Source of the DNA: Loktanella sp. UBA3435
GTDB lineage: Bacteria > Pseudomonadota > Alphaproteobacteria > Rhodobacterales > Rhodobacteraceae
Length of the DNA: 64,000 nucleotides
Assembly: GCA_002378665.1 (NCBI GenBank)
Contig: DFSO01000020.1
Location: 453-64,452, forward strand
Direction of reading: 5' to 3'
Shown here: in pieces, positions 12,972-23,871 of the stretch
Layout: each line of letters opens with the position of its first letter
How positions within the stretch are numbered: the first letter of the stretch is position 1
Program-made: the position numbers and the translations under genes
The notes under the pieces: generated by a model
What the model was told of the DNA's origin: nothing
What the model saw: the letters and a program-made list of their open reading frames with translations, nothing else
Database searches by the model: none

Positions 12972-14090
12972 TTAGACGCGCATTGGCATGACGACGTAGA
13001 TCGCCGAAGTGTCATTGCCTTCGCGCATCAACGTCGGATCACCTGACGAATTAAACATGAAGACTGCGTTTTCACGGTCAACTTGGCTTGCGATTTCAAG
13101 CAGGTATTTTGCGTTAAAACCAATTTCGAGGTTCTCGTCGTTATAGGCCACAGCCAGTTCTTCCTCCGCAGCACCGCTATCAGGTGCATTGACGGAAAGG
13201 ATGAGCTTGTCTTGGCTTAGCGACAGTTTCACAGCGCGGGACCGTTCGGACGAAACGGTGGCCACACGGTCAACGGCCTTTGCAAAATCAGCGGCGTCAA
13301 CTTCGAGCTTGCGCGTATTGCCTTGCGGGATAACGCGCGTGTAATCGGGGAAAGTCCCATCGATAACCTTGGAGGTCAGCGTGATGTTTGGCGTCGCAAA
13401 GCGGATCTTTGTCTCGGACACAGACACAGCAATCTGCATGTCATCATCCTCAAGCAATTTGCGCAATTCACCGACAGTTTTGCGCGGCACGATTACACCA
13501 GCCATATCGCCAGCGCCTTGCGGCAAGTCAGCGTCGATGCGGGCCAAGCGGTGACCGTCCGTTGCCACGCAACGCAGCACCTTGCCGCCTTCGCTGTCAG
13601 CGACGTGCATGTAGACGCCGTTGAGGTAATAGCGGGTCTCTTCTGTCGAGATCGCGAATTTGGATTTGTCGAACAAACGGCGCAGCATCGGCGCAGGGGC
13701 CGAGAAGTTAGCGGCATATTCGGACGAGGCCATCACAGGGAAATCCTCTTTTGGCAATGTCGCCAAGGAGAAGTTCGAGCGGCCCGCTTCAATCGTCAAA
13801 CGGCCTGTCGCACTTTCTTCGGTCAAAGTGACCAAAGAGCCGTCGGGCAATTTGCGGATAATTTCGTTCAGCGTCACGGCGGATACCGTGGTGGCACCAG
13901 CGCGGGTCACTTGCGCAGGCGCACGGTCCACAACTTCGATGTCCAAATCAGTTGCGCGAAACTGGACGCTATCGCCCTCAGCCTCGATCAAGACGTTCGC
14001 CAAAATCGGAATCGTGTTGCGCCGCTCTACAACGGATTGGGCCTGTGCGACTGCCTTTAAGAGGCTTGCGCGTTCAATACTCAGTTTCAT
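12972..14090 (-). CDS. dnaN: DNA polymerase III beta sliding clamp
   Basis: Start MKLSIER (ATG 14090); RRNTIPIL, ATDGHRLA, C-terminal YVVMPMRV. Confidence 0.97.
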   Translation of the reverse strand: MKLSIERASLLKAVAQAQSVVERRNTIPILANVLIEAEGDSVQFRATDLDIEVVDRAPAQVTRAGATTVSAVTLNEIIRKLPDGSLVTLTEESATGRLTIEAGRSNFSLATLPKEDFPVMASSEYAANFSAPAPMLRRLFDKSKFAISTEETRYYLNGVYMHVADSEGGKVLRCVATDGHRLARIDADLPQGAGDMAGVIVPRKTVGELRKLLEDDDMQIAVSVSETKIRFATPNITLTSKVIDGTFPDYTRVIPQGNTRKLEVDAADFAKAVDRVATVSSERSRAVKLSLSQDKLILSVNAPDSGAAEEELAVAYNDENLEIGFNAKYLLEIASQVDRENAVFMFNSSGDPTLMREGNDTSAIYVVMPMRV

Positions 14091-14218
14091 TTCCCATGCT
14101 CCGCATATCGTGTTGGGCTTGTGCCTTCGGGACTGAAAAGCTACCGCATTTCCAGCGCCTCGCAAGGGCTTTCGTCAGACTGTCGTAGAGTGTTGCTTTC
14201 GGGTCAAGGCTTTACGCC

Positions 14219-15562
14219 CTATTCCTCAAGTGCGCGACGCAACAATTCCAGATCATCCGCGATTTGGCTGTCTGTAATCCTCAACTCTTCGATGCGGCGC
14301 ACACCGTGCATCACGGTTGTGTGGTCACGCCCACCAAAGCGGCGGCCAATCTCGGGCAACGAACGGCTGGTCATCTGCTTTGCAAGATACATCGCAACCT
14401 GACGCGGGCGGGCATAGTTGCGCACGCGCTTTGGCCCGATCATCTCGGAGAGGCGAATGTTGTAATGTTCGGACACTTTGCGCTGAATTTCCTCGACGGT
14501 CACCTTACGATCAGAGGCTTTGAGCACGTCGGATAGGCAATCTTGCGTCAGTTCCAGCGTGATTTCGCGGCCGACGAGCGACGCAAAAGCGAACAAGCGG
14601 GTCAATGCCCCCTCAAGAACGCGGACGTTCGTTGAGATGCGGTGCGCGAGGAATTCCAAAACACCAGGCGCAATCGAAAGGCCAGGGTATTGGCCGCGGT
14701 ACACTTCGACCTTTGACTGCAAGATGCCAAGGCGCAGTTCGTAGTCGGTTGGGTGCAAGTCAACGACAAGGCCGCTTTGCATCCGTGACTTAATCCGCTC
14801 TTCAAGGTCCTTGATCTCGCCAGGAGCGCGGTCAGCGGAAATGATGATCTGTTTCTTGCCATCAACAAGGGCGTTGAAGGTGTGAAAGAATTCTTCCTGC
14901 GTGCTGTCTTTGCCCGCCATAAACTGCACGTCGTCCACCATCAGAACATCAACAGAACGGAACATCTGTTTAAAATCCATCATCTTGCGATCACGCAAGG
15001 CGGTGATGAAACGGTACATGAACTGTTCCGCAGAGAGATAGAGGACGTTCAATTCTGGGCTACGGCGCTGCAATTCATGAGCAATCGCATGCATGAGGTG
15101 TGTTTTACCGAGACCTACGCCACCATAAAGAAACAGCGGGTTAAACGTCACGGGGCCGCCTTCGGCAACACGACGCGCTGCGGCATTGGCAAGCTCGTTC
15201 GGCTTACCGACAATAAAAGTGTCGAAGGTAAAACGTGCGTCAAGAGGCGAGCCTTGGATATCATCGACAGAGGTTGGCTTTGGTGCAGCGTTTGCCGAGG
15301 GCTTCGACGCAGTGCGAGCCGCGCCTGACGGCACAAAGGTCACGCGGTTTACAGATTTTCCAGCGCGATTGATCTGATAGATGATCTGTTCGCCAAAATT
15401 CTGCTGAACGTAATTTCCAATAAAGGTTGTGGGCACTTTGAATTTTGCCACGGTGCCAGACAGCTCGACGAATTCTAAAGGCTCAATCCAATTTGAAAAG
15501 TTATTGGCACCTACAGTTGCCTTCAAGCCGTCCAAAACCTTTGCCCACATGTCGTTCGTCAT
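14219..15562 (-). CDS. dnaA: Chromosomal replication initiator DnaA
   Basis: FNPLFLYGGVGLGKTHL, DDVQF, QEEFFHTFN, GGRDHTTVMH. Confidence 0.98.
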   Translation of the reverse strand: MTNDMWAKVLDGLKATVGANNFSNWIEPLEFVELSGTVAKFKVPTTFIGNYVQQNFGEQIIYQINRAGKSVNRVTFVPSGAARTASKPSANAAPKPTSVDDIQGSPLDARFTFDTFIVGKPNELANAAARRVAEGGPVTFNPLFLYGGVGLGKTHLMHAIAHELQRRSPELNVLYLSAEQFMYRFITALRDRKMMDFKQMFRSVDVLMVDDVQFMAGKDSTQEEFFHTFNALVDGKKQIIISADRAPGEIKDLEERIKSRMQSGLVVDLHPTDYELRLGILQSKVEVYRGQYPGLSIAPGVLEFLAHRISTNVRVLEGALTRLFAFASLVGREITLELTQDCLSDVLKASDRKVTVEEIQRKVSEHYNIRLSEMIGPKRVRNYARPRQVAMYLAKQMTSRSLPEIGRRFGGRDHTTVMHGVRRIEELRITDSQIADDLELLRRALEE

Positions 15563-15802
15563 TTTTGTCCCGTTTCTGCACTAACCAACCTCAGACCACG
15601 CGCAAAGCTCGCAGCTACTTTCCACATGCTCAATCGCACAAAACAACAGGTCGTCCGAGCAGTCGGTCTCGGGCGCGCCTGACTTGCGCAAAACTCTTGA
15701 GCCTTCATCAAAAAGGCCGGCGCAGGGCGCACGACAAAATCAATATCAGCAATCACGGGGCTAAGGACCTTCAAGTGAGCCTAAGCAGCACTCGACACAA
15801 AC

Positions 15803-16135
15803 TGATTCCCTGATGCAAACGTCCTGCAACCAGTGAATCACCTTGCATGAAAAGGCGGACAAACACGAACGGTGCAATGGGTAACCACTGCTGCTGTGAC
15901 TGTCCGATTCCCCTCATGTCCCCCCGGAACGATGTGAATCGCTTGGGTAAGTTAGCAAGCTCTCAGCGGTGGCATCAACACAACATCGCGCTTGACTCGG
16001 GTGTTCGTGAAAAAGAATCTATGACCCCTTTGAAAAGATGCAAAAACTCATCAACGGCGGTCAGAAAAACAAAAAGCGCGCTAGGGCTAGCGCGCTTCTT
16101 GACTTGTGTAATACGGCAACAGATTGCCGCGATTC
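15803..16135. promoter_or_regulatory. dnaA upstream control region with clustered GANTC (CcrM) sites and DnaA-box-like 9-mers
   Basis: Seven GANTC sites start at 15804, 15835, 15906, 15936, 15994, 16015 and 16131. Confidence 0.55.
16065..16097 (-). terminator. Rho-independent terminator of rpsT
   Basis: Inverted repeat AAGCGCGCTAG/CTAGCGCGCTT (16074-16097) followed by a T-tract on the minus strand. Confidence 0.8.
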
Positions 16136-16139
16136 TCGC

Positions 16140-16403
16140 TTATGCGATAGCTTTTACGCGGGATGCCAGACGGGACATTTTACGTGCAGCCGTATTCTTG
16201 TGAACCACGCCTTTTGTGACGCCGCGCATCAACTCAGGTTGTGCAGCCTGCAATGCTTTTGCCGCAGCAGCTTGGTCGCCAGAAGCAATTGCTTCTTCTA
16301 CAGCGCGCAAGAATGTACGGATACGCGAACGGCGCATTTTGTTGACTTGAAAACGTGCTTCGTTTTGACGGGCGCGTTTTTTAGCTTGTGGTGTATTTGC
16401 CAT
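16140..16403 (-). CDS. rpsT: 30S ribosomal protein S20
   Basis: [13 protein letters not shown]...[16 protein letters not shown]. Confidence 0.97.
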   Translation of the reverse strand: MANTPQAKKRARQNEARFQVNKMRRSRIRTFLRAVEEAIASGDQAAAAKALQAAQPELMRGVTKGVVHKNTAARKMSRLASRVKAIA

Positions 16404-16557
16404 GTCTCAGTTCCCTCTTTCGGGTCAATAAAAATTCATCTGCGCAATTGGCCCGAGCCGGGTTTTGGGAACCGGCTGATTCTGGTCAAAGCGGACCTCA
16501 CGCGCATGTATGGGCCTCTTTTAGGGCAATTGTGCCCCAAAGAAAACCCCAAATTGT

Positions 16558-17334
16558 TTAGCGGTCGCGAAACTGCGCTTCGCGTTTTTCCGAGAATGCA
16601 GACATGCCTTCTTTCTGATCTTCGGTCGCAAAGAGCGATTGGAACAGACGGCGCTCGTAGTTCACACCTTCGGCCAAAGTTGTCTCAAAGGAACGATTTA
16701 CGGCATCTTTCGCCGCAATCGCTGCAATTTGGGATTTCTCTGCAATCTTTTCAGCAGCCTGACGGGCCTCTGCTTGCAGTTTGGCCACAGGAACAACACG
16801 GCTCACAAGTCCACAGCGCTCCGCTTCGGCAGCATCCATGAAACGTCCAGTCAGGTTCATATCCATTGCTTTGGCCTTCCCAACGGAACGCGAAAGCCGC
16901 TGCGTGCCGCCAATGCCAGCAATGACGCCGAGGTTGATCTCTGGCTGGCCGAATTTTGCGTTGTCGGCTGCAATGATGAAATCGCACATCATCGCAAGTT
17001 CACAACCACCGCCCAATGCATAACCTGATACCGCGGCGATAATTGGTTTGCGGGTATTGTTAAATCGCGTGGTTTCCGCCGCGAAATAATTCTTTGTGTA
17101 CATATCGACAAAGGATTTTTCGGCCATCTCATTGATGTCAGCCCCAGCGGCAAAAGCCTTTTCCGAGCCCGTAATAATAATGCAACGCACCTTGTCACTG
17201 GCATCGGCCTCTTCCAGCGCTGTGCACACTTCGGCCAGCAACTTGGCGTTGATCGCATTCAGCGCGTCGGGACGATTCAGCTTAATCGTTGCAATATAAT
17301 CCGAGATTTCGACGATGATGGTATTAAATGCCAT
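16558..17334 (-). CDS. Enoyl-CoA hydratase
   Basis: [26 protein letters not shown]; usual gene between mutM and rpsT. Confidence 0.93.
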   Translation of the reverse strand: MAFNTIIVEISDYIATIKLNRPDALNAINAKLLAEVCTALEEADASDKVRCIIITGSEKAFAAGADINEMAEKSFVDMYTKNYFAAETTRFNNTRKPIIAAVSGYALGGGCELAMMCDFIIAADNAKFGQPEINLGVIAGIGGTQRLSRSVGKAKAMDMNLTGRFMDAAEAERCGLVSRVVPVAKLQAEARQAAEKIAEKSQIAAIAAKDAVNRSFETTLAEGVNYERRLFQSLFATEDQKEGMSAFSEKREAQFRDR

Positions 17335-17396
17335 TTTTCAGTCCAAGTAGCCATGTTCAGACCTGACTGATTAACGAACCCAACCGCCGGATCAAG

Positions 17397-18248
17397 CTAT
17401 CTTTGGCATTGCGCACAAAAGAAAGATGAACGTCCCGACTGCACGATTCGGGTTATTTTCGTTTCACACAAAGGTGTTGGGCAAGGATTTCCCTCTTGAT
17501 CGTAGACCGCAAAGCTGTGCTGAAAATATCCCAACTCACCATCCGCTTTGCGGTAATCCTTAAGCGACGAGCCACCCGCCTCAATCGCTTCGTTCAAAAC
17601 GTCACGAATAATAGGAACGAGAGATTCGACTTGCTTGCCACTTAATTCGCCAACTTTGCGTGCGGGATGAATACCCGCGCGGTAAAGCACCTCGCAAACG
17701 TAGATGTTTCCCAGACCACTAATGATATGCTGATCCAGAAGCGCTGTTTTGATTGGCGTTTTGCGTCCCTTGAGCCGCGCCTTCAGATACCCCCCATCGA
17801 ATTCATTCCCCAATGGTTCGGGCCCCAAATCCTTGATCAGCCAGAAATCTGATTCTTGGCCCGTCGCCATCAAATCCATCGCACCAAAGCGCCGCGCATC
17901 GTTAAACGTAATCCGAACCCCATTCGCCATATGGAAGACAACATGGTCGTGTTTGGCGGGTGTCGGGTGCGGATGATGAAACTCTCCAACGGTGTGCCCC
18001 GAAATTGTCATGCGGCCCGACATCCCAAGATGGACCAAGAGCGTCTCGCCGCTATCAAGGTCAGCCAGAATGTATTTCGACCGGCGTCGAAGCTGCAAAA
18101 TCTGCTTTCCTGTCAAACGTTCAGCCATGCTTTCTGGAAATGGCCAACGCAAATCTGGACGGTTTACCTCAGCAAGTTCAATCACAACCCCCTCCATAAC
18201 GGGCGCTAAACCGCGACGAACCGTCTCGACCTCTGGTAATTCGGGCAT
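17397..18248 (-). CDS. mutM: Formamidopyrimidine-DNA glycosylase
   Basis: Start [10 protein letters not shown] (ATG 18248); HLGMSG, GLGNIY, C-terminal zinc finger. Confidence 0.96.
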   Translation of the reverse strand: MPELPEVETVRRGLAPVMEGVVIELAEVNRPDLRWPFPESMAERLTGKQILQLRRRSKYILADLDSGETLLVHLGMSGRMTISGHTVGEFHHPHPTPAKHDHVVFHMANGVRITFNDARRFGAMDLMATGQESDFWLIKDLGPEPLGNEFDGGYLKARLKGRKTPIKTALLDQHIISGLGNIYVCEVLYRAGIHPARKVGELSGKQVESLVPIIRDVLNEAIEAGGSSLKDYRKADGELGYFQHSFAVYDQEGNPCPTPLCETKITRIVQSGRSSFFCAQCQR

Positions 18249-18332
18249 GGGACACTTTCTATAACAGGCAGGGCGCGATATATGCGCTTCAAACCCTATT
18301 GTTGGGTGCAGCGCAAAGGACGACAAGCCCCG

Positions 18333-19076
18333 ATGAGCGAGAATACGACACACTTTGGTTTTGAAACCGTTCGCGAAGATGAAAAAGCCGGCCGCGTGCA
18401 GGTTGTTTTCACCTCTGTGGCCAGTAAATACGACATTATGAATGATGTCATGTCTGTCGGCATACACCGCATCTGGAAAGAAGCGATGATGGATTGGCTT
18501 GCCCCACGCGCAGGTCAAAAGCTCTTGGATGTGGCTGGTGGCACTGGTGATGTCTCGTTTAAGTTCCTAGGTCGTGCGGGATCAGGCCACGCGATAGTTT
18601 GCGATATTACAGAATCAATGCTCGTTGCGGGCCGCCAACGCGCCGAAGCCGAAAGCATGTCGGGTAGCCTTGATTGGGTCGTTGGCGACGCAATGGCCCT
18701 GCCATTTGAGGACAACACGTTTGACGTCTATACGATCTCTTTTGGCATCCGAAATGTGACCCGCCCGCAAGAGGCATTGAACGAGGCCTACCGCGTGCTT
18801 CGCCCTGGTGGTCGATTGATGGTATTAGAGTTTAGCCAATTGCCGAATCCCATGATGCAAGCCGCCTATGACTCTTATTCATTCAACGTGATCCCGCAGA
18901 TGGGACAGTTGATCGCGGGTGATCGCGACAGCTATCAGTATCTTGTTGAGTCGATCCGAAAATTTCCCAACCAAGAAACGTTCCTAGGCATGGTAAAAAC
19001 CGCAGGATTTGGAAACGCGAAGTATCGCAACCTGTCGCTGGGCATCGCGGCACTGCATTCAGGGTGGAAACTCTAG
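18333..19076 (+). CDS. ubiE: Ubiquinone/menaquinone C-methyltransferase
   Basis: [32 protein letters not shown]. Confidence 0.95.
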   Translation: MSENTTHFGFETVREDEKAGRVQVVFTSVASKYDIMNDVMSVGIHRIWKEAMMDWLAPRAGQKLLDVAGGTGDVSFKFLGRAGSGHAIVCDITESMLVAGRQRAEAESMSGSLDWVVGDAMALPFEDNTFDVYTISFGIRNVTRPQEALNEAYRVLRPGGRLMVLEFSQLPNPMMQAAYDSYSFNVIPQMGQLIAGDRDSYQYLVESIRKFPNQETFLGMVKTAGFGNAKYRNLSLGIAALHSGWKL

Positions 19077-19077
19077 G

Positions 19078-20607
19078 ATGCGCGGACCTCACAATATCAT
19101 TCGCTTGATCCGCACGGGTGCCACGCTTGAACGTACGGGCGCGATGAAGATCATCTTGCATGCGTTCGAAGTCGGACCCGTCCTGAGCGCATTTCTGCGT
19201 GCGGTCGTTTGGCCATTTCAATGGTTAGGTTATAAGGGTGACCTTTCCATGCCACCTGCACCTCGCGCCCTTAATGCGCTTGGGCCCGCTTACATCAAGT
19301 TTGGGCAAATGCTCTCGACCCGACCCGACGTTGTCGGCGATGATTTCGCCAATCAGCTTCGTGTTCTGCAAGACAAGCTTCCTCCGTTTTCAATGGCAGA
19401 GGCAAAGGCAGAAATCCTCCGCGAACTCGGTCAGCCTGTTGAGACCTTGTTCAGCAGTTTCTCAGAGCCCGTCGCCGCAGCGTCCTTGGCACAAGTCCAC
19501 AAGGCGCATCTTGCTGAAAACGGTGACGCTGTCGCGGTGAAGGTCCTTCGCCCGGGTATCGAGCGGGCGTTTAAGCGCGATATTGACGCCTTCTATTTTG
19601 CGGCGCGTACGATCGAGTTCTTGTCTCCCGCGTCGCGTAGACTGCGACCGCTGGAAGTGATCAAGCATTTTGATGGGGTCGTCGCCGGCGAGCTTGACCT
19701 TAGGTTGGAAAGTTCGGCTGCGGCTGAATTCGCAGCAAACACGGAAGGCGACGAAGGCTTTGCCGTGCCGCGCATTCGTTGGCATCTTTCGGGGCGTCGT
19801 GTCATGACGCTCGACTGGGCAGAAGGTACGAGCATCGGCGACAACGCTGCCCTCGATGCAGCAGGCCACGACCGCACCGCCATTGCGACCCGCGTGCTTC
19901 AACTCTTCTTAAACCACGCCCTCAGAGACGGCTTTTTTCATGGCGACATGCATCAAGGGAACCTAAAGGTTGCTGCGAACGGAGATGTCGTCGCCTATGA
20001 TTTTGGCATCATGGGCCGCATCGATGAGTATACACGGCGGGTCTATGCGGAAATTCTCTTTGGCTTTATTCGCAAAGACTATCAGCGCGTTGCCGAGGTT
20101 CACTTTGAGGCAGGTTACGTTCCTGCCGACAAAGACGTTGATGAATTCGCGCGCGCCCTTCGGGCAGTTGGCGAGCCAATCTTTGGCATGGACGCGAGCC
20201 GCATTTCTATGGCGCGTTTACTCGCGTATCTTTTTGAAGTCACCGAACGCTTTGGTATGGAGACACGTACCGAGCTCATTTTGCTTCAGCGGACGATGGT
20301 CGTTGTTGAGGGTGTTGCGCGTTCGCTTGATCCCAACATGAACATTTGGAAAGTCGCTCAACCCGTCGTTGAGGCATATATCAAAGAGTCAATTGGACCC
20401 AAGGCGCTCATGAAAGACTTAGTAAAGACCGCACGTATACTGTCCCGATTTGGGCCGCTGCTCCCATCGATTGCGCAGGCGGCATTGATCCAGCAAAATA
20501 GCAACACGTCAGTTCAAACACCAAATCGCGGCATTGAGAAATTCGGGTGGGTCCTGGTGGGCGCCGGCATAACCAGCGCCCTGTTCTGGCTAACTATGTC
20601 ATTGTGA
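19078..20607 (+). CDS. ubiB: Ubiquinone biosynthesis kinase-like protein UbiB
   Basis: LGPAYIKFGQMLSTRPD, AAASLAQVH, FFHGDMHQGN, DFGIMG; follows ubiE. Confidence 0.95.
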   Translation: MRGPHNIIRLIRTGATLERTGAMKIILHAFEVGPVLSAFLRAVVWPFQWLGYKGDLSMPPAPRALNALGPAYIKFGQMLSTRPDVVGDDFANQLRVLQDKLPPFSMAEAKAEILRELGQPVETLFSSFSEPVAAASLAQVHKAHLAENGDAVAVKVLRPGIERAFKRDIDAFYFAARTIEFLSPASRRLRPLEVIKHFDGVVAGELDLRLESSAAAEFAANTEGDEGFAVPRIRWHLSGRRVMTLDWAEGTSIGDNAALDAAGHDRTAIATRVLQLFLNHALRDGFFHGDMHQGNLKVAANGDVVAYDFGIMGRIDEYTRRVYAEILFGFIRKDYQRVAEVHFEAGYVPADKDVDEFARALRAVGEPIFGMDASRISMARLLAYLFEVTERFGMETRTELILLQRTMVVVEGVARSLDPNMNIWKVAQPVVEAYIKESIGPKALMKDLVKTARILSRFGPLLPSIAQAALIQQNSNTSVQTPNRGIEKFGWVLVGAGITSALFWLTMSL

Positions 20608-21276
20608 TACGAGAGATGGGTCGCGAAGTGCGCTCACTTGATTGGATGATATTGCGACGCCGCCACGGAGGATCAAAATCGTTTCCCCAGCTTGGCTCCG
20701 AACCTCAGTGATATTGCTGTAAACGTCGACTGGATCACGCGCCAAAAGCTCGCCATTGCCATAGCTCTCTATCTCAAAGCTATAAAGACCAGTCTCGCGA
20801 GGATATCCATTTGCGTCAATTCCGGTCCAAACAAATGGATCAGCGCTGATAGGCACGTCAAATCGTTCAACTTCAACGCCGTCCGCATTGCTGACAATTA
20901 TTTGAGCATTGTCAGCAATACTAACTGGATTGGGTGCAATCGTAATCGGATCCCCGTTAAAATATCCATTGGCGGGCGCCCGTGCCTCTTTTCCGACCCA
21001 AGCCGCCATTTGCGCCATACCGCTTGCCCCCATAATCTCCGCCAAACCTTCAAGCAAAGAATTGGTTTTCGCTTGTTGCTCCACCCCAGAGAATGTCGCG
21101 AGCTGAACCGCATAGTCAGAGGAATCGACCGGATTCAACGGATCCTGATTCTGCATTTGGACCGTCAACATTTTCAAGAATGTTTCGAAGTCAGAACTTA
21201 TCGCCTTGGCGCTAGATCCTGCCGCAGCGGTATTCCCTGTCGTAGCTTGTGAAAAGCTCTGTGAATTAATTTCCAT
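20599..21276 (-). CDS. flgD: Flagellar hook capping protein FlgD
   Basis: FETFLKMLTVQMQNQDPLNP...QLATFSGVEQ. Confidence 0.92.
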   Translation of the reverse strand: MEINSQSFSQATTGNTAAAGSSAKAISSDFETFLKMLTVQMQNQDPLNPVDSSDYAVQLATFSGVEQQAKTNSLLEGLAEIMGASGMAQMAAWVGKEARAPANGYFNGDPITIAPNPVSIADNAQIIVSNADGVEVERFDVPISADPFVWTGIDANGYPRETGLYSFEIESYGNGELLARDPVDVYSNITEVRSQAGETILILRGGVAISSNQVSALRDPSLVSQ

Positions 21277-21285
21277 CGTCTACCT

Positions 21286-23139
21286 CTATAATCTTAAGTC
21301 CAAGCCATCTTCTCCGATTTGTTCATTTTCCGAATCGGCGATTTCGATGGCGGGTTCTGGTACTTGGTCGCTCACAATCGTCGTTCCTGTGTTGTTGTCT
21401 CGTTCACGGCTTTGCCCGTGCCCTTGGAACTGGAAACCAATGTCCGTAAATCCAAGGCTCTTAAACTCTTGAGATAGGGACTCGATATTCTTGCGCATAA
21501 TGTCCTGGGTTTCGGCGCGCTCGGCGGCGATAATGAGCACAACCGAACCCTCGTGGGTCTTCATTGAAAAACGAACGCGCCCCAACTCCTCGGGGTTCAA
21601 GGAAATTTCAGTAACCCCATCTGGTTTGTGTCCGATCGCAGCTGAAATTTGTTGCCCGACGGACGCGGCAACGCTGGCTTGCTGATGGGGCTTCACGTCA
21701 ATTGGCGCGGTATTCGCCGCTATGCCTTGTAGCCTTTCAAAGCTAACGCTACCCTCATGAATACTGCGATCAAAAGCATGATTTAACTGACCTTCTTCCA
21801 ATACTTCAAATTGCAACACTGATGCCTGAGTTTCACGTGGGGCCGCTATCGCTTGCGTATAAGTAAAGTCTGGTCTGTTTCGCACCTCACGAGGTGATAT
21901 CTCATTGGGTGCTTTGCGGTCTTTCTCCGCGTCTGGTTCAGCTATTTTAGATTTCTGCACGCGTTTTTCAGCTACCAAATCCAGTCTCGGAAAATCGGGC
22001 ATCTTCTCGGAAATAGTATTCTTTTCGGGGGGACTAAATTGCTGCGACACAGGTGGCGTTACCCCACGAAGAATAACTTCAGGGCTGGCTTTCTGCCGAA
22101 CGATTTCAGTATCGCCAACTGGTTCTTGCCTAACTTTCTCGAAACCTAGGGCTATCGATTGCATTGAAGCGCCTACTGATACCTTCTCAGGGACCGGTTT
22201 AGAAACTTGCGCCGCTCTGGGTTGCTGTTCGGCCAAACTGCCAGAACCGGGCCGAACTTCGCGTTGGACATCGGTCCTATCAACCGCCAATCGAACCAGG
22301 GTTTCTACTTTCTGTCTAGCATCAACAGGTTCCTTTGCATTTTCGACTTTTGTCGGTGCTACTTGCTCACTTTTATTCCAGAAAACTGGCTCAGGCCGCG
22401 AGAAATTTTTAGTCGGAATAGTAACTTCTGGCGTTGTCGGAGATTGATGTCTCACATGCGATTGCAAATATTCGCTCGAGCGTTGAGGTGCCGCCGCCAA
22501 AAGCGACGGCCGTGCCACTCCAGAATCCACTGCTTTTCCGTCAATTTTTGGCTCTGTTTTTGAGTCTAAGTCATCGCCCTTTTCCAGATTGAAAGTGGGG
22601 CGCACATTTTTATTTTGAGGGAGAGTATCGCCAGTCCCTGCCCGAACGACTTCATTCGCAATTGGTCTGGCTGTATCGTGACCCCATGGTAAGGCAGCGT
22701 CACCGCCCTCTTTCCGAATAACCTCACTCTGCGTGGCGCGTGCAACTTCACTCTCCGTTTGTAGAACAACTTCACTCGCCAATAATATCTCACGTGGTCG
22801 ATGCGTGTCGCAAAGGCCTTCTTTTCCGCGACGGGGCACGAGTGCTGTCGGAAACAATTCATCAAGCGATAATTCTTGCTGTTCTTCAATAGTATCAGTC
22901 TCGTGAGGCAATCGATCCGGTAAATCCACAGCAAGTATCGCACCCTTCCCGATGTCCTGAACGCTCGCTGGAGTCTCACTCAATGGTTGTTCGACCGCGA
23001 AAACTGCCAAGAAATCACCCTTGGGTGCTTTCGGCGAATCTACAGTCAATTTGTGAAAGGCCCCTTGAAGCCCCATCGTTGTGGTGACCGTCATGTCAAC
23101 ATCCAAGCTATTTTTGTTCGACTTCGGAATGAACGACAA
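21286..23139 (-). CDS. fliK: Flagellar hook-length control protein FliK (start uncertain: TTG 23139 or ATG 23094)
   Basis: Long, poorly conserved N-terminus; C-terminal ISLNPEELGRVRFSM...AERAET...GLDLRL; directly upstream of flgD. Confidence 0.85.
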   Translation of the reverse strand: MSFIPKSNKNSLDVDMTVTTTMGLQGAFHKLTVDSPKAPKGDFLAVFAVEQPLSETPASVQDIGKGAILAVDLPDRLPHETDTIEEQQELSLDELFPTALVPRRGKEGLCDTHRPREILLASEVVLQTESEVARATQSEVIRKEGGDAALPWGHDTARPIANEVVRAGTGDTLPQNKNVRPTFNLEKGDDLDSKTEPKIDGKAVDSGVARPSLLAAAPQRSSEYLQSHVRHQSPTTPEVTIPTKNFSRPEPVFWNKSEQVAPTKVENAKEPVDARQKVETLVRLAVDRTDVQREVRPGSGSLAEQQPRAAQVSKPVPEKVSVGASMQSIALGFEKVRQEPVGDTEIVRQKASPEVILRGVTPPVSQQFSPPEKNTISEKMPDFPRLDLVAEKRVQKSKIAEPDAEKDRKAPNEISPREVRNRPDFTYTQAIAAPRETQASVLQFEVLEEGQLNHAFDRSIHEGSVSFERLQGIAANTAPIDVKPHQQASVAASVGQQISAAIGHKPDGVTEISLNPEELGRVRFSMKTHEGSVVLIIAAERAETQDIMRKNIESLSQEFKSLGFTDIGFQFQGHGQSRERDNNTGTTIVSDQVPEPAIEIADSENEQIGEDGLDLRL

Positions 23140-23142
23140 AGC

Positions 23143-23157
23143 TTACAATTTCTTTAC
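23143..23157. promoter_or_regulatory. Degenerate CtrA-like box between divergent fliK and flgJ
   Basis: TTAC-AATTTCT-TTAC versus consensus TTAA-N7-TTAA. Confidence 0.4.
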
Positions 23158-23199
23158 CGGTTTATGAGAAAACTCACAAAAATAATTTGGAGATTGCTC

Positions 23200-23493
23200 A
23201 TGGCCATGACACCGGTACTGCCTGCACCACATCAATCTGCGCGCCTGAATTCCCACTCGACGACGGACATGAAGCTCTTAGATGCCGCCAAGAAACTAGA
23301 GGCAACGTTTTTAGCAGAGATGCTGAAGTCCGCTGGTTTTGGCACATCTCGGGAGTCTTTTGGAGGTGGCGTCGGCGAGGATCAGTTTAGTTCTTTTTTA
23401 ATAAGGGAGCAGGCCGATGAAATGGTCGAAGCAGGGGGTATAGGCCTTGCCCAAGCTCTCTTTGAGGCAATGAAGGTGCGCATGGATGCCTGA
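23200..23493 (+). CDS. flgJ: Flagellar rod-binding protein (short FlgJ-like)
   Basis: AAKKLEATFLAEMLKSAG...FGGGVGEDQFSSFL...GGIGLA. Confidence 0.85.
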   Translation: MAMTPVLPAPHQSARLNSHSTTDMKLLDAAKKLEATFLAEMLKSAGFGTSRESFGGGVGEDQFSSFLIREQADEMVEAGGIGLAQALFEAMKVRMDA

Positions 23494-23830
23494 TTCAACG
23501 GTAGCGATAGCTTTCATGAGTCATTTACGGAAAGAACGCGCGGCGATTCTGGCCGGTGACTTCAAGGAAATCGATGATCTTTACTCCTCCAAGGAAACCA
23601 TTTTCAAGGACCTCGCTCTCCAGCACCTTTCGGGAAATGAATTGGCGACGATTCAGGATGCTCTTGAAAAAAATCAACAATTACTTCGCGCGTCTATTGA
23701 GGGTGTTTCCTCTGCCAAGGCCCGCCTGTCGGCACTGCGTGAAGTCCGTGAAGGCCTAAGAGTCTATGATCAATCGGGGCAATTCGCTGATGTTTCAAAT
23801 GGACAGAATGAGATCTATAAGCGAACTTAG
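23486..23830 (+). CDS. flgN: Flagellar export chaperone, FlgN-like
   Basis: Helical 114 aa; ERAAILAGD, NQQLLRAS, VYDQSG; follows the rod-binding gene. Confidence 0.7.
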   Translation: MPDSTVAIAFMSHLRKERAAILAGDFKEIDDLYSSKETIFKDLALQHLSGNELATIQDALEKNQQLLRASIEGVSSAKARLSALREVREGLRVYDQSGQFADVSNGQNEIYKRT

Positions 23831-23871
23831 TTTCCCGATAGATAAACTTTGAATGATTCCAGCCTTGGTCG

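Noticed and set aside
15563-16139. oriC call for the rpsT-dnaA gap
   Set aside because: No perfect TTATCCACA box (best is CTTTCCACA at 15618), no clear AT-rich unwinding element, and the skew polarity is not origin-like. Kept only as a regulatory region.
21700-23139. Unrecognisable long N-terminus of the 617-aa ORF as a novel protein
   Set aside because: Normal for FliK ruler domains; the C-terminal FliK motif is present.
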